Source: Botryllus schlosseri (taxonomy: Eukaryota). Taken from it: a stretch of 64,000 nt of DNA. Numbering within the stretch: position 1 is the stretch's first letter; the number at the start of each line of letters is the position of its first letter. Shown piece by piece: positions 13,236 through 26,062 of this stretch. A program made the position numbers and the translations under genes. Location of the stretch: contig CM119373.1 in the NCBI GenBank assembly GCA_051294905.1, positions 29,388,001 through 29,452,000 on the forward strand, written 5' to 3'. The notes under the pieces are model-generated. The model worked only from the letters and a program-made list of their open reading frames with translations, had not been told where the DNA came from and made no database searches.

Positions 13236-14048
13236 CAGTGGTTCCCAAACGGTGGGGAATTCCCCACTAGTGGGGAATTTCGGGGTTTCTGGTGGGGAAT
13301 AGAATCACTTTTGCAAAAATCTTTATGTTAATATTTTCCTTTATTAAATGTCGTTTTGAAATGCCGATCGTATCTCGAATTTTTCTTAGCTCATTTGCAA
13401 TTCAGCGATTCATAATATCAGTGCATCCAACTAGCGAGAATCGCCTGGATAGCGACGAACGATCTCCAGCAAATGTTTTTATTCATTTGCACACCATCAT
13501 CGGTCTCGAACCATAGTGATAGAAAAATTCTGCTTCGTTGTAATAAGAGCTCATATTGCTGAACATGTATGCAAGGGAGATCATGGACTTGCTAATTGAT
13601 AGCACATCCTGACTCGTTACAAATGAAATTACATATTTATGATATTTCAAGTTTTTTTAGTACTGTGCGAAAGTGTAGTTTACGGCGGCTTATATATATA
13701 TCGCACGCACGAGTTCGTCAACATCAGGAAGTTTATCTGACCCATGTATTATTCGGCATTTACGTATGTAAATTGATGCTACCCCGCGCATTTGGAAGAT
13801 TTTCAAACCCCTACTATTTTTCTGCTGGCTGCGCGTCTGGGTATAGATACATATTTACGGGGTTGCGTTTACGGTTCCCTGCTATGTTGATTTTATTGTG
13901 TGCTGATCATTCCCGGGAATCCTAACAATTACCAATGTTATTGGAGGTAGCATTAGGGTGGATATGGATAAAAAGATTTTAGGTGGGGAATGAAGGCTCG
14001 GAATAATTCGGAAGTGGGGAATTAGCATAAAAAGGTTGGGAACCACTG
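13236..14048. mobile_element. hAT-type MITE with GTGGGGAAT repeats
   Basis: TIR CAGTGGTTCCCAA / TTGGGAACCACTG; perfect 8-bp TSD GCCTACTA. Confidence 0.92.
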
Positions 14049-14215
14049 GCCTACTACTAAAAAATACTAGTCCATCCTCAAGATTACCGGACCACGACTG
14101 ACCTATCGATCTCGCTTTCCATGCATGCCGCTCCATTTCTTGTCGCTTTATTTTTCTATACTATCTTCTTTACTTTTCATTCAGTGTGCATGCCTCCTCT
14201 TTACATTGCCTAGAC

Positions 14216-14594
14216 CAGTGGTTCTCAACCTTTTTCGACCCATCGCCCCCCTTATCAAGCTCAACAACGATCATCGCCCCCCAAATTTTGTGTACCGAAA
14301 AAAGAGCATACCAACTGTAATCACCGGCGGGTTGACTAAAAAAAAAGGTCAACTTTTTCGCTCGATGTCGAATTTTACACTTTTTTGCAACTAAATCTCC
14401 GTGGGTTGACTAAACAAAAAAAAGGTCAGCCGCTTTGACGCGTCATCGCCCCCCTATCGCTCTCTTCGCTATTTTCGCCCCCTGTCGCCCCCTTTGTCCA
14501 TTTTCGCCCCCTATCGCCCCCTTCGTCATTTTCGCCCCCCTGGACCGCCAAATCGCCCCCTGGGGGGCGATATCGCCCACGTTGGGAACCACTG
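14216..14594. mobile_element. hAT-type MITE with TCGCCCC repeats
   Basis: TIR CAGTGGTTCTCAAC / GTTGGGAACCACTG; TSD GCCTAGAC / GCGTAGAC (7/8). Confidence 0.88.
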
Positions 14595-14977
14595 GCGTAG
14601 ACCAAGGTGGGTGTCTGATTCCATGGACTACTCCAAGTCGCTTCGACACCTTCCCATCTTTTTATTTCATTTATGTGGTGTATTAAACTGATAAAAATTG
14701 CCAATAAACCAATGATGATGATGATGATGATTATGTTCAGAACGCTATAAATCAGGCGGTCAGTACTTCCTGGTATCGAATTTTGCACACACCGATTCCA
14801 TATCATACTCATAGGAAATAATGTAATTGACTCATTTAACTCATTGGGAGGGATGCGGTACCGGATTTATGTACCATACAGCTAGGGTTGTGTTCAAAAC
14901 AAAAATCAATTCAAAACGAACATGTTTATATCATGATCCTTGTTTAAAACACGTTCTTTTTATTTATTGTTCCAGGC

Positions 14978-16038
14978 CAGCGGTCGGGAACCTATGGCTC
15001 GCGAGCCATACATGGCTCTTCTGGATATAAGATATGGCTCTTCGACAAATGTTGAATTTTGTACCAAATTTATCAATATTTCAGCAACTTGTGAGTAAAT
15101 TTGCATGACGGCCAGAATAAATATTCTCATGGCAGCATAAACATGTATTTGGGGGGTCAAGACAGTGGGGCTTGTACCCCTTTATTCAAATTCCCCTGGT
15201 CTAAGTTGCTTTCGCGTCGGCGGTTAATTCCACTCGCGAATTATATCTGTCTTGAATGATCATGATGATAGACTCATAGATAATAGACAACATATGGCGA
15301 CGCTTGTGGGGCCATGCAGTTTTCCAATACACAGTGTCGTACTGATCTACACCGAGAGATAAACTGCCTTGGAAGTGACATTCACAATTACAAATTCAAA
15401 TTAAAAACAACGCCATAGCTATCCATGTTCCTGATTGGTGAGTATAGCTTTCTAGTACCACCGTAGAAATGTAGTTATGTTACGCCGAATGATTCAGAAG
15501 TCGATCAATATGTAGATTTTTGAATCAGCGCGACAATCACATTTGGTTACTCTCAGTGAATATAGATTAGATTTACGATGATTTGCACTATCACAGGCAA
15601 GGCTTGGCCCGTCTATGTTTCATATGTGTCTTACCTCTCGTTTCGCGATTTATTTTCGAACAATAAATATGAAAATCCCGTGATTGTGGGAATAATAATG
15701 TTCAAAATCTAGTCTTTCATAAGCATCGATAGACAATACCAATAATATTGAACGTTTTAAATTTTTCCTTCATTTATCCTTGGCGACATTTAAGGCACTG
15801 AACCCTGAAGGAGATATGTACTGCTGCAGTGACCATGTTTGGCTCCACGCCTCCACCTACGCATATTGGCAGAGAACATATGGCGCTCACTACGAATTCC
15901 ATATATTAGTGCCCCAAATACGTCACGAATTTTCAATTGTGACGTAGCAGTTGATTTACATGTATGGCTGTTTCGGAGTTACAGTTGAAAATATTGGGCC
16001 AATATGACTCTTCGGTCGAAAAAGGATCCCGACCGCTG
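14978..16038. mobile_element. hAT-type non-autonomous element, related to 18520-19391
   Basis: Ends CAGCGGTCGGGA / TCCCGACCGCTG; shares ATATGGCTC/GAGCCATAT motifs with the inverted copy; no TSD recognisable. Confidence 0.65.
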
Positions 16039-18519
16039 GGAAGCCATGAAGTCACGTATATTCAATTGTGACGTCATAGTGGATTGATATTCATAATTGA
16101 AAATGAAGGGTAAATATAGCTCCTTTGGCGAAATAGGCCAAACCCTTGTCATATACGGACCAAAAATATCTTTAACCAGGACTACAACTTTTTCGGTCGG
16201 CGTTCATCATCATCATTCCGTACCAATGACCTATATTTACGTACTATACCTGTTGAACCGACTATTTCGAGGTTTCCAACTATCCCATATCAACAATTTT
16301 CGGATAGTTTGTGCGAATGAAATTTATTGTACAAAAAATGTGCGAATGAAGCTCAAAAAAGTTGAAAAGCACTGCTCTAGATTATTGATAACAAAAGCGT
16401 CAATGAGCCTGCAATAAGCTCACAGAAAAAGTCGTTAGGATTTGGCTAAAAGCGTTCGGAAGTAGCTGGTGAAGAGTGGGTGTGCCAGCGACCATAGACC
16501 GGCGAGAAGACTTAGTCACGAAATCATGAATCGGAATGATACATGGATATTGGATATGGATCATTTTTGAGATTTTCCAAATTATGGACAACCCTAATGC
16601 ATATATATAACATTCCAGGACTTTTATAGTTTAAGATAGTCTTCCAATAAAGCTTACCGTTCAATGTTGCCGAATTGTAATCGAATCCGATGACTGCTAC
16701 ATCACTAAGCCCGTGGCTGTTACGTGAATGAAAATTCGGATACGGGAAGAACACAATACAGCAGATCAGGGGTGAAGTCATTGTTCATATATGTAATTGA
16801 CAACTTTGATAGGACACAGATGTCTCACTGACTCCAACAGCAACAGCCATTGATCGAAGTACATTACGTAGATAAATTCATTAAATGCTAATATTTGTCG
16901 CATTGCTTGAAACTAACAGTTTAAAATAAATACCATTGCACAGGTGGGTAAATACGCGATTAATGTATCAATTCAGTAATCCGCCGTTCAACTGCAGTAT
17001 AGACCAGTGGTCTCATACACGCGGTCCGCGAGGCTATTTGGTGCGGTCCGTGTCAGTATTTTGGGTTGTCAATTATGTGACAATGTTTGAGTTCCGCATA
17101 TCTTTTTTCTGATCTGAAAAGTTATAATTCACTCTTAAATCGCTGGAAAAACCGGAAGAATATTATTTATACTACACGAACGCATCCCTTTCAAAAGCAA
17201 CCATGCGGTGGAAGATCAGATACGATACATTGCCTATTAATTGTGATAAAACATGACAGGCAGGTGATTCATGACTGAAATTTGTGACTTGGTCTTGTAC
17301 TCGACCTTTCGTAATATTACTCAAACTTGAACAGGCTTGGCGATAAATTGAAGATGATTTGACTTTACTCCGAGTAACTTGGGTACAAACAATGGATGCA
17401 ACAAACTATTCGCGTGTCAAGGGGAATATAGAATAGCAATAATTCAGACAGCCGTAGCTTGGTATTTCGCTATATATAAGCAATTCGTTATGGCAACCAT
17501 TGTCATTCTGTAGCCCACTAAATGAGAAGTTATTCACATCTCAGGCCCCTTTATCCATGTTATTAACGCCACTTGATGGTGTCAAGTAACGTAGAGGTAC
17601 GCTCCAACGCTGAAACAACGATGGGTTGTTCGGCGATTGGACATTTCTATTACTATGACACATTGATTACTTTATTTATGTTGTTATTTAGTTGTTTCAA
17701 CATTTGAGGGGAAATATAACGCTGCTTTGATTTGACTCGGGTGATGACATGATCAATAGCCTATTTAACAGGTGTATGCTTAAAAAGCTGGATCACACTA
17801 CACTGCTCAAATGCTGTGATATCAGATCAATCATTGTAAAATTCTAAAATAATCTAACTATAGTTGTTGCACGTCAAATGTCCACTAGCCGCATAATCAT
17901 AATGCGACAGCTTTTTTGATGACATGATGCATTTGTCCTCTCGCATGATGTCTATATACCTGACAAGTTTGACAAATTATGCTCGTTCTCAACCAAGTAC
18001 AGCAAATCTTTTCAAAAACTTATAAATGTTTTTTTTTGGTGCCAGGCGTAAATGACTATAGTGGTAAAACGATGCGCGTGAAATGTTAGTCGGCTAGGTC
18101 GGCTTACTTTCCGTCGGACAATTTTGTCCCGTCAAATTAGGCTTACTGGGAACGGCATTGCATACCCATGCTGCGGCCCGCGGCTTCATCAAAGTGCGAA
18201 ATTGAACCGTGAACACATTTGAGTTTGAGACTGATGGTATAGACCATATGTCGTTTGCTAGCCTGACCGAGCGGTTGAGAAATATCTGAAAATACATTGG
18301 CAATTTGTAAATTATTCGGTAAAAATTAATATTATACATCAAAAAAGATTATCGTTTGTTATTTAAACAGGTTAAACTATGCATAATATACATTTGCATC
18401 AAACAGGCTAGGACTAATTTTAGCCGCAATTTACGCCATAATGCAGAGGAATGTGTGATATCCGGTGAGAGTGTCGAGATCGATCGTGCCCAACGCATCA
18501 GAAGCTATACGATATATTG

Positions 18520-19391
18520 CAGTGTTCGGGAACCTTTTTTACTCGAAGGGTCACATTGGCCCTATTTTTTCCATCTCAACTCCCTAAGAGCCATACATGC
18601 CAATCAACTGTTACGTCACAATTGAAAATTAGTGCCGTCATAGTAGCACTAATTCGAGCTAACTAAATGAGATTCCTCGTGTGCGCCATATTTTCTCTAA
18701 AGAACTGGTATTTATTGTTCGAAAATAATGCTCGAAACCGGAGGTAAGGAACAGACTGGCCAAACCTCACCATTGATAACGCAATTCATAGTAAGTAGCT
18801 TAGAATTTATTATAACTGATATTAATCGAAAGTGACTGTCACACTGATGCCGAAAATCTAAATGCTTATCGACTTCTCCATTCTCAAAGTATACAACGGT
18901 AACAAAACCTTGCGCTACACGCCTACATTTTATCGCCGGTACTACACAGAGCTACACTCATCAATCAAGAACGTGGATAGCTATGACGTTGTTTGTAATT
19001 CGTGTTTTCAGTTGTCACATCCACAACAGCTCGTGTCGCGCCGTGGATGCTATGCTCTTTGATTAATTAAGGTATCGCACAATTCAAGATTTCGAGTCGG
19101 GAACATAGAATTCGCGAGTGATATTGGCCGCCGGCGTGACAGTAACTTAAATTTGATGATTTTTAAAAGAGGGGGTCCGAGCCCCTAAACCCGAAGACGG
19201 CATTGTCTTTACCTCTCGAAAACATGTTAATACTGCGATCAGAATATGATTATTCTGGCCGTGATGAGAATTTACGAACAAGTCGCTGCAATATTGATCA
19301 ATTCTGTACAAAAGAAATATTTGTCAAATAGCCATATCTTATACCCAAAAGAGCCATATATGGCTGGCGAGCCATAGGTTACCGACCACTG
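18520..19391. mobile_element. hAT-type non-autonomous element
   Basis: Ends CAGTGTTCGGGAACC / GGTTACCGACCACTG; perfect 8-bp TSD ATATATTG. Confidence 0.88.
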
Positions 19392-22300
19392 ATATATTGT
19401 ATACGACATTCGCAGCGTTTCAATAACTCTCATCCATTCGTTCTCATGACACTTATGTTTGGTAGCTGCCAATAGCTTCTGCGTGTATTGCAGACAGTTG
19501 CGTGGACACACAGCCTGCTACTGCTAAGCGATTTCAATTTGGAGAACGTCGATCAATATGAAAGCAAGTACATTAGGTCCGTTATGCATTTTGGAGCTTT
19601 AGAATTTCTTTCTGATCGTAAATTATTCACCGCCTTTTCCAAAAGACGAATTTGTGCGTAGCATAATTTTGCCATACTGCAGCAGCTACTTCAGCGCGAC
19701 AGGGTTGCCTGGATTTGCAAGTGATTTGGTGAAATCAAGCGCGTGAGGTTCATTTTCAAATGCCGATAATACGTTCCTTTGAATGTTCTACTATGCCAAG
19801 CGTTTTACAAGCCAACATCCGCTCGCTTACGATGATATATAACTCCAAATATAGAGAGTCCATAGCAATTTAGATTTATCTTAGCGCAAGACTAGCATAC
19901 CAGATCAAGGCGCTGTAGCCAGGTAGCACAGCTCTACGTGAAAGATATCGATAGTTATAACATAAAATGTTCTAGTTTAAAGACTCAGATCGTAAGATAG
20001 CGTAGCATTGAGCCCGCCGAATAGTCTATGCAATATTTCCCGGAATAAGATAGCCTGAACCTTTTTGCATCCTGATAAGGGGGGAAGTAGTAGACTGGTT
20101 TTTGCCCTGTCACGGGTTTATCAGTATGCGGCAGCGCATTCAAGGTTGCCGTGCAACTAAAAAAATTACTGTAAAATTCACTTGTTTTCAAAAATCTTGA
20201 CGTTGACGAGACAAACAAGGGGATTTACTATAGAAGTCGCGTAGCGTTTTAATGTTAGCGTTACGGAGTCTTTCAAAATGTCTCGATATATAAAATGATT
20301 TGCCACATATAACCATAAGGCTGGGCAGTGCGCACAATGATTCGAGTAATCCAATTAGAATCGAGTTCTGTTTGTAAAGATTAATATTATAGCGGTTTAT
20401 TTACCTGAAAAACGGATGATTTGATCAAGAAAAAATCAAACTTTTGACATTTTTTGACGTAAAAAAACTTGACTTTGACATGCATGCATGCACATAATGT
20501 TAAAATTGTGCGACCCATCTTCATTTCTGGTTGGAACTGTTTGTCCATACGAAGTAATTTGGGCCGAAAAAATGTTTTTGACTTGGAAGCTAACAAATTT
20601 TTGCCTGAAAAAACTTGTCTTTTAACGAAATGACCCTATGAAGAATTCCAGTAGTTACATAACGTATTAGGGTAAAAATGATTAACATTGGTGTAGTACA
20701 CCGATAGATATTTTCTTACATTCTCGGGTAAAATGTGTCTGTCCTTACGAAGTAGCTTCGCTAGAATGTAGAAAGAACGTTCAACAGCAGCAGTTGTTGA
20801 CAACACTGAAGTTGTACGTAAAATGCTGGTGACACGCTTTGTTGCTTCATTTTGACAATATTGTCTACATCACAAGCTGTAAAATATCAAATGATGATAA
20901 GTTCACCGATAGTGCAAAATCTACGATACAAACGAAATGCAGAGGTCAGAAAAATTCTGACTTTGTAAACAATTTTGACAAACTTCTGACTGATTTTGAC
21001 ATGTCAAAAAAATTGCCCGAATTAATACCAATTATCATACATGATACCATTACAAGCGCACTGCAATGTAACCAGTTCGTTACCTTATCTAAAAGTGCAA
21101 TGAAATAGGTAAAGTCAAAAAACTCCAAATTATTCTCAATGTGATATGTAACTGGGATCATTTTGCTTGTTGTCGCTAACAGATTTGCTCAGTCTTTATA
21201 ATGACCTCATATATTATTCCAGTATCAATCCGCCGTGCATCATGACAGTATTTCCGAGGTATACAAAATCTTGAATAAAACGCCACACGATTTTCGGTAA
21301 AAGTACCAGCATGACAACTCGGATCAATATCGCCGTTAGCTATAACACATATAAGCGACCGTTTCACGTCTGCGATGACAAATATTATACTTGCCAGCGA
21401 TACGCTCGCGAAGATCTCACTGCTTCGAAACGAGAATAACAGCTGGTAGTCCTGTCGTCATAGTCGCATGCCAAGCGTACGCGATGGAATGAGCTGTAAG
21501 TTGTAGCAGGAAACGTATAGGCGACAGGCAACTTGTATTAGTCTGTGAGGTATTAAGCCATTCCATGGTAACAAATTGGCGTGGTTGTTATGCTATGACT
21601 TCCGTTGTTCGACAATTCTCCTTTATATGACAGTGTCACATGGAATACGATAAATCATGCACACCAACATCGAATGCAATAGTTGCTGTTGTTCGGCAGA
21701 TCATCGTATTCACTGTTAAGCGTTTATTCACGTTCAGAGCCACGTAATATCTGGTGTTAGCAGATGCAGACCAGCAGATAAGTGAGTTTCCCTGAACGTC
21801 GTTAGTTATTTTCACACTACGGGACCACAATATTCTGGCGCTATCATCTGATTGCTATTATCACGGCCCTGCTATTTTTCGGCATTTTTAGTGTAGTCAC
21901 AGCAGTTCGTTATATCTCAGTAAAATTGCTACCACAAGAATCTATCATGCACGATTCGCGAGACTTGCGATTCAATTATGAAATTAGAGATTCAAGCAAT
22001 TTCAGATCGTAGTTGCAATTACTGCAAAGCTTAATTGGACTGTATAGTGACTTATTTCATTTGATGCTGTTATACAGAGGTGGCGATAGATTTATATAAT
22101 CATTTGAATAGAATATATTAATATTTAAATGAACCTAAATGTTTGGGTTTATTTCAATATGAATATACTATTGAATTGTATATTGAAGTTCTGTACCTCC
22201 AAGAAGATGTTCAAATATAATCAATTAAGATCACAATACTGCATTTGTGTTCAAACAGTATGTGCCGTGTGGGTATTGCATAAATTTTCAGGCAGCATTA

Positions 22301-22544
22301 ATTCATCTCTAATAGGTGCAGTAACTCCGTAGGCAAGTCAGCGCCAAGCAGTGCGGTTTGAGTATAGATACCTAACCTATGTAGGTCAGTTAGTTATCTA
22401 TAGTTGAGAGAAACGTTATTCAAATTCGTGCGTCGAAATAAAATTCCCCTGGGCCATTATGTCCACGTGATTCGCTTGCACGTGATATACCATGATACCG
22501 AGGTATCAGAAATCCTGATAAATGGAACGTCTTGCACGAATAAC

Positions 22545-22996
22545 CAGGGTTGCCAGATTGGCGCTTTTTAGAAGCAGTTGGCAGACAATATCAAAACTAA
22601 AAAAAATAGGTAAATTAGTGAGATATGTTTCAAATTCTTAATAAAAAATCATAAAAATTTAACTCCCATTTATTATAACAAAGTTTATTTTACGATTTTA
22701 TATTCAGTAGGTAAAGGCTTGAAATAATTGCAGTTATTGAAGCTGGATTCGGTCTCCTACAATACTTTCAACAGTCGTAGTGGATTTGCTATTCAATAGT
22801 ATCAACGCTAGAAATCTGGCATTCCCGGTGACTGAGAGAAGGCGTAAGGGTAATATTGCTACGTTGTTGACGTTGTTAACATTATTATATATTATTAACA
22901 ACGTTGCTAGTAACGTTATTGAACAATTTGGCCTTTTTTTGGACATTGTTTCGACACTGTTTGGTCCTTTTTCTTAAAAACTGCCTGGCAATCCTG
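22545..22996. mobile_element. hAT-type MITE just upstream of the second MS4A-like gene
   Basis: TIR CAGGGTTGCCAG / CTGGCAATCCTG; TSD CGAATAAC / CGGATGAC (6/8). Confidence 0.75.
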
Positions 22997-23144
22997 CGGA
23001 TGACCGTGCTTGATGTAGCCTGATCGAAGTTTGGTGTATTTTCCATTTTTTCAAGTGCCTTGCTTCATGTTATATATATTTTAGTTAATAGAGTACATTT
23101 AAAAAATTTTGTCAAAGCTAGTAGAACAGCACTTCAGGTCGACG

Positions 23145-24056
23145 ATGGAGAATCCATCAATGTTGCAACAGCCAACACCGCCTCAGACGCAAACGCAGAA
23201 CTTCGGACAAACCTCCACAATTATGATTCCAGCCGGAGTGCCAGTTGCGCAAGGACAAGTGAGCGCTCCCGGGACTATCAAAGATCCACACTCGAATAAG
23301 AAAGCGATACATGGATTTGGTATCGCAGAACTAGTAATGGGGGGATTGTCTTTTCTCCTTACCATAATCCCGCTGTCCATCACTGAACGTGAACATGAAT
23401 GGTATTGGCGTAATTCTCCATACAGCCGTTGGCGCATTTACACCGGATTCACGTATGCATCGCCAGGAATATGGGGAGGAATATTTGTGATAGTGACGGG
23501 AATTCTAGCAGTACGTCTCAAATCGAATCCATCAAGATCAATGTACGTTGCAAATATGATTTTGGCAATAATCACCGCTTGCGCCACGTTGTCCTCGTCA
23601 GTCGTATCAGGCCTAGCGGCAGGCTTGTCCGGTAATTATTCATCGCTATTGGTCGCTATACATGTGATTATAACGTTGCTTAATTTCGTATCAATGATCG
23701 TAACAATTATTCACGCATGTTTCTGCTGTCGAGGGGTTTGCTGCAATAACCGTTCAAGACCTGCCCAACGCGTGGTGTACGTACCGACCCAACCAAATAT
23801 GATATACCCGCAGCAGACGCAGTACGTGCAGGGTCCGAACGGTCAAGTCATGCCGGTATACTTACAGCAGTTTCCAGCGCAACAGCAGTTTCCAGCGCAA
23901 CAATATCCGCAAAGCAGTGCTTCTAATACGGTTGTAAATACTGGATATCAGCCAAATAATATGACCGCGCAAACAGCGCAGCCACCGACTTACGACAATG
24001 TAAATCAGCCCGCTGTTCAAATTGAAACAAAACCCACTGGAGCCTTGAACGGTTAA
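23145..24056 (+). CDS. MS4A/CD20-like four-transmembrane protein, intronless, paralogue 2 (303 aa from ATG 23145)
   Basis: Four TM segments, SPGIWGGIFVIVTG, HACFCCRGVCC, Q/P/Y-rich tail with a PPTY (PPxY) motif. Confidence 0.85.
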   Translation: MENPSMLQQPTPPQTQTQNFGQTSTIMIPAGVPVAQGQVSAPGTIKDPHSNKKAIHGFGIAELVMGGLSFLLTIIPLSITEREHEWYWRNSPYSRWRIYTGFTYASPGIWGGIFVIVTGILAVRLKSNPSRSMYVANMILAIITACATLSSSVVSGLAAGLSGNYSSLLVAIHVIITLLNFVSMIVTIIHACFCCRGVCCNNRSRPAQRVVYVPTQPNMIYPQQTQYVQGPNGQVMPVYLQQFPAQQQFPAQQYPQSSASNTVVNTGYQPNNMTAQTAQPPTYDNVNQPAVQIETKPTGALNG

Positions 24057-24905
24057 AATGAAAGATGTAGTCGAATTGAGTCGTACATTCAAGTAACGAC
24101 TATTTTCTCACAATGTCAGTAAGAATGAATTAAAAAGTTAAAGAAATAATTTTGCCAGTTACGCGCCTTGCAAAAGTATTTCGTATTCCTGCAGCATGAC
24201 TTTTTCGTCACGACTTGTGAGCATTGCGTGCGTAGAGGACTATTTGATGGAAATGTCGTCTCATGAATATTCGTAGTCTTGTGCGACATGATTCACGACA
24301 CGTAGATACGGATAATGAAGGTTTCGAAGCTCCAACAGAGAAAATTAATAAAACTATAACTTACTAATAAACTATATTTCTGATTTACTCGTTTCGAGAA
24401 ATGTTCCTGTTTAATTTTTATCCGTATATTCTTACCCATTTTTCACCACATAATATTATCTAGTTTTTTAGTAGTATTATCTATTGGCAGCGATTGCTTT
24501 CATGACTTTTTCTAGTGTGTCTCTACTGGCAATTTACAGTATGCACGCAAAGAGACAGTAATTGCAGTGTACGTGTATTGATATTATCTTCTACCTTTCA
24601 AATATTCATTTTTATTTTCCATGTTCGTCTTGCTTTCTGCTATAGTATATGAGACCACAAATAAAACGTTCCCAACTCGATGTGGTCAATGTTTGGTACT
24701 TGTGAAATAAGTGCCCGGAGGTCTAGGCGGCATTAGTTATTTCATCATAAAGTGGGTGTGTTGTAGGATAGTAAGTGTTTTACATGTACCTTGAAATAAG
24801 GGTAAAAAAAGCACTAGGTCTGGTTAGGAACAAGTGAACAAAATAATCCCGCCATAAGAATAACACGGGATTAAAATATGAGAGAGTCAGTATACATGAA
24901 ACGCC

Positions 24906-24919
24906 AAGAAAAAGGGGGG
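24906..24919 (+). promoter_or_regulatory. Polypurine tract (candidate plus-strand primer)
   Basis: AAGAAAAAGGGGGG, closely resembling the lentiviral PPT AAAAGAAAAGGGGGG. Confidence 0.55.
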
Positions 24920-25006
24920 TTTGATCCGCTAAAGACGATGCGGAGTTGATCGACGCCACATGTCGTATTATTTACTTGCGCAGATACGCGGAAAAGAACA
25001 TACAAT

Positions 25007-25933
25007 GTGTTGAGTTTGGTCGAATCGGGTGCACTACTAAACACACGAGATTGTGTACTATTTCTGAGAAATCACGGGTTGTTGGTGCGAAGGATGAAAT
25101 GCAAGAGATGTAGAAAAATAATGAAAGAGGAAAATACGTCGACAGGCGACGATGGGTTTAGGTGGCGATGCAACCCCTGCGACACTACGGCGACTATACG
25201 AAAACACTCGATATTCGCAGGAAGCAAGGTAGAACTTCCCAAATTATTAATATTATTCTACTTTTGGGCCCATGACGCGTTGCAAACCCAAATTGCACAT
25301 GAAGCTGAAATTAGTCAGCGTTCAACGGTCACCTGGTGCGGCCGATTGCGAAAGCTTTGTACGGCCGAATTTCACAGGAATAAGCGACATCTGGGAAATG
25401 AAGGCGGCTGTGTGGTCATTGATGAAACGCACTTAGCTAAGCGCCGGGCTGCCTCAGACAAAGGACCAGCCGTTAAAGCCATTTGGGGGTTCGGTGGCAT
25501 AGATAAAGCTACCGGAGAAATGTTCATTGAGATTACTTCCGACAGGACTGCTGAAGTATTTCGAAAACTCATAGTAGAAAATGTGGCAGAGGGGTCCACA
25601 ATTTTAACCGATGCCTACCCTTCCTACAGGGGCATAGAGAGCTGGGGGAAGGGTTATATACACGGTGTAGTGGACCACTCCCAGTGGTTTAAGGACCCTC
25701 GGACATCTTTTTGTACTAATGAAATCGAGGGGGCCTGGGGCCAGCTTAAATATCATTTACATAGGTCTCGTGGGTTAGCACGTCACCTTTTGGCCGATTA
25801 TGTAGGGGAGTTTTTGTGGAAACGTCAATATCAAAAGACTGACCGATTTTTGGCACTCCTGCGTACCATACACAATGACCCACGGTATAATTTTGACAAA
25901 TTTGATGGGTCTCCTGTATTACCACAATTGTGA
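25007..25933 (+). CDS. IS1595/ISXO2-like (Merlin-type) DDE transposase 1; no in-frame ATG at the homologous N-terminus
   Basis: Zn-ribbon CKRC...WRCNPC, VVIDETHL, ILTDAYPSY, H.(V/I)VDHS, TNEIEGAWGQLK, Y..EF.W; frame is open from 24950. Confidence 0.88.
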   Translation: MLSLVESGALLNTRDCVLFLRNHGLLVRRMKCKRCRKIMKEENTSTGDDGFRWRCNPCDTTATIRKHSIFAGSKVELPKLLILFYFWAHDALQTQIAHEAEISQRSTVTWCGRLRKLCTAEFHRNKRHLGNEGGCVVIDETHLAKRRAASDKGPAVKAIWGFGGIDKATGEMFIEITSDRTAEVFRKLIVENVAEGSTILTDAYPSYRGIESWGKGYIHGVVDHSQWFKDPRTSFCTNEIEGAWGQLKYHLHRSRGLARHLLADYVGEFLWKRQYQKTDRFLALLRTIHNDPRYNFDKFDGSPVLPQL

Positions 25934-26062
25934 ACCCCGCTATAAGATTCCAGGACGGAAATGACGACATCTGTTATTTTGTGTTTTTACAGACGGTAGT
26001 CTAGGGCTAGTGCGCACTTATATTTAATTTATGACGTGGGGAAAACCACCACTGCCCGTACC

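Larger units (their letters stand above)
13078..14730 (+). mobile_element. 5'-truncated LINE 3' end, second copy, interrupted by two MITEs
   Basis: SSKYQMIDRTDHRSIKYAGPDVWNSIPPVIRQ matches copy 1; AATAAA at 14703-14708 followed by a (TGA)n tail. Confidence 0.75.

Noticed and set aside
25007-25933. Bacterial IS1595 insertion or contamination
   Set aside because: The context is eukaryotic (spliceosomal introns, MITEs, LINEs), there are no IS inverted repeats, and the gene is co-oriented and packed with env.
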